Positions 1 to 14,900 of a stretch of DNA of 64,000 nt are shown piece after piece (positions within the stretch are counted from its first letter, which is position 1; every line of letters starts with the position of its first letter). This stretch comes from Trichinella spiralis (Eukaryota). The DNA is taken from positions 3,578,706-3,642,705 of the forward strand of contig NW_003526944.1 in the NCBI RefSeq assembly GCF_000181795.1, in the 5' to 3' direction. The notes beneath the pieces are model-generated. The model made no database searches. It was given only the letters and a program-made list of their open reading frames with translations, and had not been told where the DNA came from. Position numbers and translations under genes: made by a program.

Positions 1-269
1 TATTAATCATGCTAATTTATTTATTGTAACATTTGCTCAGTTTAATTAATTTGCTATAAAACATTTTAATAACAATTGTTCTATTTAAAAATGTCAACAA
101 TTACGGTCTTTATTTGTTTATTTTTTTCCCAACTTGATACTACAGAACGAATTCAATGAATGCACAGTACTGAACATTTTTATTTAATAAAATTCATTTT
201 TCACAACAGTTCACAGAGTACAATGGGTCAATAAAGTTGCTACTAATATTTATTTAATAAACAATATTT

Positions 270-783
270 TCAATCTTCAATCTTTTCCGGTGGTGGACCA
301 CATGGCAAAATCATTCGTTGCAAAAAGTTGAATCTCATTCTCGCACGAGTTTCATTCTCTGCAATTGCCATAAAGCTGAGAATGTCATTATGACCAACGT
401 ATGACGCATAAGAATCACGATGTTGATTTGTCATCCATTCCCAGCATATCGTATCAGCATGTCCGGTGCCTAAAATGGAACATGATTACATGTCACCCAA
501 GTCCCCAATCATTCGCAACATTTAAATTTAACATAGACAAGCTTTACTAATGGTAGGAAAACATTATTTATAATAAACTCATCACATACACAAATTCAAA
601 AAAAATTTTAACTGTCAAATGATAATTTCAATGATACTTTATAAACTTCATTATGATGCTGTTATGAACTGAACTGCTACTTGAATAAATATTTAACATA
701 TTAAGTGTTCAAAACGCAACATTACCGACATATTTTGCCTGTAAATGTTCCAACTGACTGTATATATTGTAACGTTCCGCCAT
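270..783 (-). CDS. SF3B5: Splicing factor 3B subunit 5 (2 exons: 783-726, 469-270; 85 aa)
   Basis: Not in the ORF track. Manual translation gives MAERYNIYSQLEHLQAKYVGTGHADTICWEWMTNQHRDSYASYVGHNDILSFMAIAENETRARMRFNFLQRMILPCGPPPEKIED, matching the SF3b10 family. GT-AG intron, frame intact. Confidence 0.95.
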
Positions 784-1211
784 TGCGCAAAAAGTAGTTC
801 AAAAGCACATTTCATGTATTACTGTAATAGGTTAAAGTAGGAATAATTTCCCAAAAATGGATATTGTGAAAATAAATATTTCAAAATTTAGCTATAAAGC
901 TTGATAAAAAATTGAAAACTTACTATAACGTCAAAAAACAAACAAATTTTGAAAATTTGAATATTTTTAGCAGTAACTTTGAGGAAAAAACTTTTTCATT
1001 CATCATCTCTTATAAAAATGCTGAATAGTTTTATTTAACTTGAAAAATACCTATTCGTGTAGTTTTTGAAATAAATTTAAAATTCAAATTTATAAATTTA
1101 TAAATTTTTACTCATGCAGCTGTGGAATATCGGTCGACTGTATTCTGTATCTTGAGCATCACATATTTAAGTATTTGTATAATTTTGTAAACTACCAGTT
1201 GCGTCATTGGT

Positions 1212-3369
1212 ATGAAAAGAACACGTATAACTATTGCAGAAAAGAGGGAAGTTATTGAACTTCTTAAGCAAAATTATAGCGCAAATGATATCGCACAGCG
1301 TTATCAAATATCTCGGAGCACCGTATTTCTGATTCAAAGAAATAGCCAACGTTTGCTTAATCCGTGCTTGCAGGAATCGCTTTTTGCCATTCGACCTGGA
1401 AAATACGCTCTCGTTGAGGCCGTACTTGAAGAATGGCTTGTAAGAGAGCGTGCATTGAATCACACAATATCTGCATCAGTAATTCAATACGAAGCTCTTC
1501 AAATTGCAAATCAGTTGAACTTGAATAAGTTTAAAGCCAGCAATGGATGGCTTTCCCGGTTCAAAAATAAACTCTGCTTGAATCATTATCGTTGGTTATC
1601 TAAAGGTAAACGCACATTTTGATTTTATGCTAATTTTTATTTAAAAGCTGTCTAATTTTAGAACGGCTTTTGCCAGGGGTGATCGAAGAATGGCAAAAAA
1701 ACGTTTTAGATGTTGTTTGCGCCAAGTATCAACCTGATGATATTTTTGCGGCAGATCAGATTGAACTTTATTTCCGGCGAGAAGGGGAAAATAAATTTTA
1801 TTGTGGCGTACTTTTCGACAACATTGAAAATACATGTGAAAAGATTAGCACACTTCTCGCGGTTTGCATGTCTGGTAAGTCTTAATGAGTTTATTTCGCA
1901 GTTCTGTAAGTTGAGCTTTTTAAGGTTCTTGCAAAATTGCCCCTGTAATCGTCTCTTCTGCCGAAGATGAAGAAGTTGAATGTAAAAGTTCGTCAGAATT
2001 TCAATATTGTTACCAGGAGAATGGAGACATTTCTGAAAGTGTCTTCAAAGAATGGTTAAAATCAATGGACGAATGGTTTTTATCACATGGTAGAAAAATA
2101 TGTTTACTAATATCAGATATTTTTTCTTATGCGCGCGATTTGCCTTTGAATGCTGTTGAAATTATTTTTTGTCCACGATCTGCCAGATATTATCTGCATC
2201 CTTGCTATCAGGGTATTTTTGATGTCCTGATAGCAAATTTTGGAAAACTGCATGCGAAACATCTGTATGAAGTTAAAAAGTACGACAAAGACTTTGTCGG
2301 TAAGAAAGTGGAAAAATGAAAACAACATACATTTGCTGTATCTTAATTATTTCAAGATACCGCAACACAGATAAATTTTATTATCGAAGCGACGTCGGGT
2401 ATTGATTCAGAAATTTTGCTCCACGCTTTTCGAAGATGTGGATTCTACTTTGCTGGAGAAAATGCTTCTACATCTGAAAGTAGAGTAAAATTGAATTGTT
2501 TGAAAGTGTTTTTTTAAAAGAGAATTTGTTTAATAATTTAGAACTTTCTTGGGCAGAGCGATGCCGTATGGATAATATTCTAGCTAGTGATTTGTTTTGT
2601 AATGATCAAGAGAACAAAGAAATGAATCAATCTACCAGTCGAAAAGAACCCAGTGATGTGGGAACAGCAAGTACAAACCATGGTAAGAAGATGTTTGGCT
2701 CTTTTGAAATGCACTGGGAAGGAGATGAGGTAAATGGGAATGAACTAATTATATTTAATGTTTCATGGTTAATTGGAAATTTGAATGTTACCAGTAGGCG
2801 ATGAATGTGGAAGATGAGGAATATGAAGAAGAATTCAAAGATACTGATTGTGATGAATTTGATGAAGAAGAATTCGACGAAGAGAACGAGAATTGTAGTG
2901 ATCAAGAGTGTGAAGATGAAAACCAGTTTGCGTTTGATGATATTGATGAAGAAGAAGATGATGATGAAGTTTGATTTCTTTTGTATCAGGTATGAGAATT
3001 TATTACAATTTCAGTTTTTTCTTCTCATAAGAATGAGCCAGAAAGCAAATCAGATTGTCGTGATGACGATGAAGAAAGTCCAGAATCAAAGCTTGGTAAA
3101 TAGAAGATTTTGGAAAATTAGTTTGTTTTTTAATCAGTTATTTTTTGTTCGCAAATAAAATTTTTGCAGCTGAAATAAATCGTCTACTTTTTTGGGATGA
3201 TGACCCACCAATTGAAGGTGCCCCTGTTCAATGTTGGCCTACGCTCGCCGCAGCGACTGATGCATTTGCAGTTATACGTGATTTTTTGCAGTTGCATTAT
3301 GGTGAAGAAAATGTACCCGCAGTAGAGCATTTGAATTCTGCTTTGGCAGAGTTTTTGCTGACAAAATGA
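1212..3369 (+). CDS. pogo/Tigger-derived (TIGD/CENP-B-like) protein, multi-exon: HTH_psq + CENP-B HTH + degenerate DDE_1 + acidic tract + C-terminal helical motif
   Basis: N-terminus MKRTRITIAEKREVIE...IAQRYQISRSTV; CENP-B HTH motif FKASNGWLSRFK; DDE_1-like IFAADQIELYF, FKEWLKSMD..RKICLLISD, LHPCYQGI, HAFRRCGF; D/E-rich exon at ~2800-2970. The exons I checked join in frame via GT-AG introns. Confidence 0.85.
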
Positions 3370-3501
3370 AACACTAACGCATGGGCTTTGACAGATTTTA
3401 TAGTCGAATGAAAGAGATAAAAAAAAGTGTTCGACAGTTTGTTCGTTCGAAAGCATGAATAAAAATTTTTGCAATTTTTGTTAATTGCGTTAAAATTTAT
3501 T

Positions 3502-4665
3502 TCACATCTGACGAACAAGTTGACTGTCAATACCAACAACTTTAATCCTCGGACGCCGCTCGGCCAGCCAAGTGAGCGTGGATGGGGACAATTGATTACA
3601 GTATCTGACTTGCAAGTACTTCAGCATGAGACAGCGTTCCACGATGGTGGTCAGGCAGCGATCAGTAAATGCGCGCACACTGGAGACGTTCAACTGTCGC
3701 AGCTTGGTCAGACGCCGCAGTTGCAACAGTCCGGATTCGGTGATTGCGTTGCAGTTTTCCAAAGACACGTTTTCAAGCTGGGTGCAACCGTGGCAGATCG
3801 CTTTCAACGCGTCGTCGGTTAGCCACTGGCGATTGCCGTTCAAGCACAAGCTGGACAACTGACTGAGCTGGGCCAGCGGTTTGAAATTGCGAACCATGGA
3901 TGCGAACGCCAGCGTCAAAGCTTGCAGCTGTGGACACGAGTTGACCAACACTTCGATGTCGTCGACCTGAATCGATGGCCGTTCGAGGTGCAGTTCCACT
4001 AGCTGGTCGCAGTCGGTGGTCCAGCGCAGGTGGCGCAGTTTGGCGGTAAAATTACGTGACATGTCCAGCGAGCACAAGTTCCTGGGCAACTGACCACAGA
4101 AGGCTTGTTCAGTGACTACCCAACAGCCGTAACAGCTGCCGCGCAAGCTGAACGTAGTCAGCAGTTGGTGGCTTTCGAAAAACGATATCAGAGCCATGTC
4201 GACCGCTTGGACCGACGGACCACAGTGATCCAAGCGGCACCACTCTAGGCGGAACGTGACCAGCGAGGGCGGCAGCTGTTGGATGCCGTTGAACGTGCTG
4301 AAGGAGCGGAAAATGTAGCCGCGTAAATCGAAACAGCGAAGATGCAAGCATGCGAATGCAATATCCAACAGCAAAGGCTTGGTCAGTTCGGCCGAAGCGA
4401 TGAACCGAAATGCCCGGTGACCTGGGCGAGCCGACGAGCCGAGCACGTTGACCACTTGGTTACCGACCTGCCGGAGTATGTACCTGAAACGGCGTGGGTC
4501 CAATCTGTCTTCCAAACGCAACTGCCTCACCTTCGGCCACATACGATTGCAGAACAAGAAACGCCAACGTCGACAAACACGCATCCCTATTACCCATTCT
4601 TCCATGTGCATTTGTTGGAAAATATAACACAAAGCATCATCATCCAACAAATCTATGATGACCAT
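3502..4665 (-). CDS. F-box/leucine-rich repeat protein, single exon, 387 aa
   Basis: N-terminal F-box (IDLLDDDALCYIFQQM...RVCRRWR) followed by cysteine-containing LRRs (LTDDALKAICHGCTQLENVSLENCNAITESGL). Confidence 0.9.
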   Translation of the reverse strand: MVIIDLLDDDALCYIFQQMHMEEWVIGMRVCRRWRFLFCNRMWPKVRQLRLEDRLDPRRFRYILRQVGNQVVNVLGSSARPGHRAFRFIASAELTKPLLLDIAFACLHLRCFDLRGYIFRSFSTFNGIQQLPPSLVTFRLEWCRLDHCGPSVQAVDMALISFFESHQLLTTFSLRGSCYGCWVVTEQAFCGQLPRNLCSLDMSRNFTAKLRHLRWTTDCDQLVELHLERPSIQVDDIEVLVNSCPQLQALTLAFASMVRNFKPLAQLSQLSSLCLNGNRQWLTDDALKAICHGCTQLENVSLENCNAITESGLLQLRRLTKLRQLNVSSVRAFTDRCLTTIVERCLMLKYLQVRYCNQLSPSTLTWLAERRPRIKVVGIDSQLVRQM

Positions 4666-5645
4666 TTAGTTGGATCTGTTTTCTTCGAATTCTGGACTAC
4701 TTTTCACTTGTTTTCTTCAATTTATTTATTAAAACCACAAACACACATGCATGTACTACGCACACAAAGCTGCACAGCTGCGTTCAAAACTCTGCATGCA
4801 GCGACACCACATCATCACTGACTGATCTATCACGTGATTACTTTTAATTCTTAAACTTCAAATTTCTCTAATACATCAACAATTATAATGATTCAAAAAA
4901 TTTCCTTTTTGATAAAAATCAATATATACATATATATTTTTTTATTCATTTATTTAAATTTTACTTTAAAATAATAAAAGAACAAAACTTACCAATTAAA
5001 AGCTTTATTTTCGTTTATTGATAAATAACAGCGGAACAAACGCACATACACACATTTACACTGAGATTAACAGACACAATGGACGTATAGAATGAATAGT
5101 TCACACACCAGTCAAAATACCAGTCGTATATATATATACATATATATAGAATGAATTTCCATTGAAATCTAAACTGAACAGAAATAGTTAATTCAATCAA
5201 TTCATCACAATATTCAAAATTAATTGATTTTCAATCATAATTAACAATATAGCAGTCGATTCAAATTATCACTGCGTTGAGTAACCATACTATTATTATT
5301 AGTAGTAGTAGTACTACCAATAATAATAAAACAATAAGAAAAGCACAGGGATGAAAATTTGCATGGTCGTTATGCACTTTCCATTATTCAAATGCCGTTT
5401 GATGTCCTTGTAATAATAAACACACATTCGCTAAAAACACAGTTTAAAACTCAAACTCGATGCAACACACGCATACACGCACACATACACAAATTCACAT
5501 ATACTATATTCATATATGTGTTTTATCATAAATTGGAAAGATTAACAATAACATTGTGCTAAGAGATCGTTATCTAAAAAGAGAGTTTAACAAAAAAAGC
5601 CTAATAAACAAACATCTGTCGATAAATAAGATTGAAAAAAGCTTG

Positions 5646-9317
<3,672 letters not shown>

Positions 9318-10119
9318 GACCTACTACGACCGAAACTAAATTTTCTTCTGCTGTTTTACTTACAAGTGACAAATACAGTATGAAAACTGCAGACTGGTAA
9401 AAGCGCGACAGAAAGTCAGGTTCAATTATTATAAAAAAAAGTTTTACAGTTAAAATATTCACGTAATATAAAGGATTATTATTTGGATATATCCGTTTTA
9501 TTTTAAAGTTATGAAATCAGTTATTACAGCATTCTTTTACATGGATTTTGTAATAAATATGTATCAGCAGAATAGACAAAATTTTTCAGTTTGAGAATTT
9601 TTACCTGCTATGATTGGTCACTTTTTTGAGTTACCCTATTGGCTAAGATGTTTTTCATTGACACGTCAGCCGTTTCTAATTGCAACATAATAATTTGTCA
9701 AAAGATTATCTTCAAATCACATACTCATGAAAATCACAAACTGAGTAATCACATTCTTAATAATTAAAAATATTATGAAAATTACCGAAGTAAAAAAATA
9801 CTTTTTCTTAATTTTTAATAACATAAAGTCATTAGCACCAACAGCGACCACTTTTCGCTTCAAGAAACAATTGATACATAATTTGATACACTATGCATTT
9901 CTTTTATCTTTTTAGTGCATTTCGCAAATGCCATTGTTATACATCATTTTTATATACTTCCTTTAATTATATTTTTCATCATAATATGACTACATCACCC
10001 CCTTCTGAGCAGTATGGCATTTAAAGAATCTCAAAATTTAAATCGTATAGATTAAAGAATTGAAAAACGTCGTATTTTCAGAAATTTATTGAATTTATCA
10101 AATTTTTAACATTTTCATT

Positions 10120-10751
10120 TTATTCTTCATCGGTAGAATGACCAGATTCTTCTCCAGTAATCTGGAAATATCTTAATTCATACGTGTCTTTCGAAATTGC
10201 TACCACTCTCAGCCAATCTCGAAGTGACTGCTTTTTCAAATACTTTTTTGTTAGATATTTTAAATATCTAAATGAAAATAATCTAAGTACTTTAACAATG
10301 ACAAAATACCGTGCAAACAAAAATAAAAACAAACAAATATGAACAACATTTTTAGCAATAACAACAATATTTACCTTTTACTAAACGGAATATCCGCTGT
10401 CAGACACATCTTTGTCTTCTGCAATTCTAATATGACGTTGTTGCCCAAATTACCAGTTTTCCCATTAACCTTTATACGCTCACGGAGATAGCTTTCCTAA
10501 AATCCTTGCAAAATAACATTTTCAGTACGCGATTCTGTATAAATTACAAAATCTGCAGCATCCATTATTCCATCTTCAACAGGATGGCGACATTCAATAA
10601 AAAATTTGTTGATTAACTTCTTTTTTCGATGAACGTTCGCCGGTGGTGGCCCATGGTAACCCTTAGCCTAAGAACCACAGGATGCCATCAGCACACAGAA
10701 ACAAAAACTGCGACAAAATGAAATAAACACAAGACAAGAAACACTTACCAT
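10120..10751 (-). CDS. RPL22: 60S ribosomal protein L22 (eL22), 4 coding exons; the first contributes only the ATG
   Basis: Spliced translation [59 protein letters not shown]...[28 protein letters not shown]...YELRYFQI. Confidence 0.95.
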
Positions 10752-11284
10752 TTCGTGCTAAAAGCCAGAAAATAAATAAAAAGAAAAACTACAGATAGCT
10801 AAAAGAAAATCAAGCAAAATCGGTTACCGTACAGTAAGAAAACAGTTGCAACATGCTATACAATTAATTGGCAGAAGTTTATAAAATTATACACACTAAA
10901 AATAGTATACACAAGCACATGTAAATTTTAAAAAATATTGCGTAATGCGCAGAATTTTCTCTAATTTACTTTACTGTGCATGTTTTTTTCTCTTAACTAT
11001 TCCTCGTAATTTTTATTTTACGTACAACCTGTCTGTGATAAAATTATATACACTAAATTCTTCTAAACACTAAATTATTTACATTACATTACTCCTTAAA
11101 GAACTTTTGCAGCAAATTTTTATTCTTTACCAAAGTTAAATGTTTCCACGTCATGCAAGAGTTTTATTATTTATTGTCATATAATCATTAACCAAATAGC
11201 AGCTCAATGAAAATGTTACTGAACTGGCAATGATAAGCTTATAATTACAAAATTTGTAATTATGATTAGATAGTGAAAACGGAT

Positions 11285-11356
11285 TTCCCATGCCGGGAAT
11301 CGAACCCGGGCCTTGCGGGTGAAAGCCGCAAATCCTAACCACTAGACCACATGGGA
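11285..11356 (-). tRNA. tRNA-Glu, anticodon TTC
   Basis: Minus strand TCCCATGTGGTCTAGTGGTTAGGATTTGCGGCTTTCACCCGCAAGGCCCGGGTTCGATTCCCGGCATGGGAA: 72 nt cloverleaf with A and B boxes and anticodon loop CT-TTC-AC. Confidence 0.97.
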
Positions 11357-11908
11357 TGTCGAGTGATAATCTTTCTATGTAATTAATAAATGTGAACTAC
11401 ACATACAATTCCTGTTATGTTGCTTTTTATGGCCTTCATTTACATAACTAGTGATTCTAATTGTAATTTTGTTCTCTGCTGCTCATTTTAAAAATCAAGG
11501 GTCAGTTATCATTTCTTAACAACACTCTGCGAACATCTAATTCTGTGACTTTTTCCATGCCACATTTACTTATATGTTTGTTAATTTTTTTCAGTGGTTT
11601 TAAAATATTTTTTTAATATAGCAACATGTAAAAATATTGTTTGTAAGTATTGCCCTCATATAGTTAAGCAATTTTTGTTGCAAAAAATTATTAATTTGAT
11701 ATATAAATTAAAATATATTAATAAATTTATATAAATATTATTTGAATACGCATTAGCTGCAGATGAAACGTCTTGTTTATGAATCCTTTATACCGTATGA
11801 TCTTTAACCTGAATTTCAAAATGAATTACGATATTATTTTTTCATTTCTTGTTTTTCATTTAATCGGCATTCTGCTTAAATGCCAATGTAAAATTTTGAT
11901 GTGTAGTG

Positions 11909-14900
11909 ATGGACGAGAATGAATCTCCGTCGCTGCACTCTAAACTTTCTCTTTTGCCCCAGAGCAGCTGGTTTGGCCTTTTTACCGAAGCACTTTACCG
12001 AATCACACAGGAGGTGAATCCTGGTTTTGGAATTCAACGCGAAGCTCTTGATCACGTTGAAAGTTTGATAATACGGCTGATGTATGATATTGCTGCTAAA
12101 AAGCCGTTCACTATCAGTGACGTTGAGCAGCATATTGAGAAAACTTTTCCGGCTCCCTTGAATGTTTGGGCAGTTAAAGAAGCACAAGATGTGCTTGGAA
12201 AAAGCAGCCGTCGTCACCGAGATCGTTCTGCTGTACTTCCTTTTCAAAGGATTCACCTCATGCTTAGGGTATGTTTTTTGTTTTTAATTTCATGGAATTT
12301 GGTTAAGTGAAAATATTGTTTTAGGAAAATTTGGGCTACAAAGTCGACACGCAGATTACGCTGTTTATTGTATCTATTTTAGAATATATAGCTACTGATA
12401 TTTTAAAAGTGAGAACTTTCTTCTTGTTTATTTATGTTTATTAATTATCAACTTTTAGTTGACGGGTAACTATGTGAAAAATATTCGCCATAGTGAAATA
12501 ACGCTGCAAGATTTGAAAGTTGCCATGAGGGCAGACAATGTGAGATTTTTTTTTGTTTCACAATTGCATTTTTTAATGAATAATTTATCAGGTTCTCATG
12601 GATTTGTTTTATCACGATTCTGAAGATATCCCCATAATTTCATTGAATGCAGACGATTTAGTTTCTAAAAAAGTTGGTTCTCTCAGTTATGAACAAACAG
12701 TAAAAGATCTTGTTCATAACGAAGCTCAGTTTTTGCGAGACGTGAATATGATAATCTTAGTTTTTCGAAGAGCTTTATTCGAAGCAATAGGGGATCGTTC
12801 TGGAGAATTAGATGCTATATTTAGTAATATTTCTGAAATTCAAGAATTTACTAGTAAATTTCTTGGATTTTTGGAAGACACGGTAGAAATGTGCAGAGAA
12901 CCAGAAATACCGTTTGTTGGAAACTGTTTCTTAGAAATGGCTGAGGTGATTATTTTAAAATGAAAGAAACTTATAATTGATTTTATTATAAGTTTTTATT
13001 GATTTCAGGGTGCTGAATTTGAGGTGTATGAAAAATATGTAAAAGATATTTTAAATCCGTCTTGCCTTAGGACATTGAATGTCGTGCTTCAGAAACCGAC
13101 CACGATTGTGTATTTAAATGTAATTTTCTATTTTTTCTTTTTTTCTAATCAGTTTTGAAGAATATTAATGTTTGGTTTTTTGAAACGCAGTCTCAGGGAA
13201 ATGGATTTCGACTTGCTGTGAAATATCTCTTGCCAAAATTATTGCTGGGTCCAGTTTTTCACTGCCTTAAATATTTTGAATACTTACCGGTAGGTTGATT
13301 TGGAAATTTTATTTAAAAAGTATATATGGTGACGTAAAAATTATTTTTCTAGGTGCTTATTAAGTTAAGTGCTTGTGAAAACGACAAGTATGATTTGGTT
13401 CAAACAGAAAGTTTGTTGATGCTGCTTAAAAGTCGATTGGAGCAAAAGTGCTCTTCATTGTTGAAGAAGAAGAAGATGGCCAAGTAATTTTATTTTTTTT
13501 TGCACATAATGTTTATTATTTTGAATTGATTTTAGTCAGTTTGATCTGAGATTTATTCCCGGTGGATCTGGGAGATCCGCGCTAATGAAGCTTCAAGAAT
13601 TGCAACGAAATGTTGATGGATGGGATTTGAAATCAGTTGGTTGCAGTTGTGTGGAATTCATTCTTGGTATGTTAATTGTATGCAGTTTTGCAAATTAAAA
13701 TTTTCTTTCACGTTTTAAAATATTAATTTGCATTATTATTATCAGTGTGGAAATTTTTATCAAGTATGAATTGTTCTGCTTTAGTAGATTAGATGAAATT
13801 TCATTTTTATATATTTGAATAAGGAAGTGCGCTCACTCACTGTATATATAATGAATAATATTTCACGTGATGGACATTTGGGGTTCAAATTGCAGTTAGA
13901 TATCATTAAATTTGAATACAAATAAAAGTTTGATTTTTCTGATGAACACACAATTTAACATTCATTATTTTGTGCATAAAAAAATTTTTTTGTCATTTTT
14001 GTATAGAAGGAAAATTAAGAAAGTGTGGCTTGTTCGGGCAGAAACTTGGCAACACTTTGCTCAGTGCCGCTGCAGGTAAATAATAACTGCAATAATGTTC
14101 AATTTTATATTGTTGTGTTTGATATATATTTTTTTCTCGTGTCGTTTGTGTTTATTTATTTATTTATTTTACTGTAGATGCATCACGTAAAAATTTCAAA
14201 ATAACAGACCGATATGTTTTTTTGTTCGACAGCATGATTGTTTTGTGCAAGTCGACGTTGCCAAGACGAAACGCGTCGTCGTCGTCGGCCGCCGCCCCGG
14301 AATTACGGTTGAAAGAGTTGTTTCTGATGCGCAAGGTCGAAGCGATCGATCACGACGATAACGATGGTCTGGATGGGTGTTGAAATTTTATTTTCTTTTT
14401 TCCAAGTCGACGTTACATTATTTATTATATAATTTTATATTCGTCGACGAGTGCTTTTTTCTTATTCTTCTTTTTCTTTGACTTTGAAAAAAAATTTTTT
14501 TAATTTAAATTTAAATTTTTCCCATTTCCAGAATTGAAGTACGCGTTTGAGATACGTCAGCGGGATAGTCAAAGTTCAATCGTGCTGCTGGCAGCCGATC
14601 CGGACGAAAAGTGCACCTGGCTGGCGGCGTTGTTGATGCTTCAGACGAGAAGCATGCTCGAACGGATGCTCGACTCGCATCTCGAAGCTGAACACAAGCG
14701 CATACCGTTACTTGTACCGTCGCCCGAGGAATATCGGTTAATTTAATAGTTTTATTCTTTTTCTTTCATTTGATTTATTATTAGCATTAGTATTATTGTT
14801 GCTGTTTTAACAAGGAAATTTTTAAATTTTAGTTTTTCTGAACCGGATAGTGAAGATAATATTGTTTTAGAAGATTACACGTCAAGTAGCGGTATTCCAG

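Noticed and set aside
11151..11342. 63-aa ORF MVRICGFHPQGPGSIPG
   Set aside because: It is a translation of the tRNA-Glu gene.
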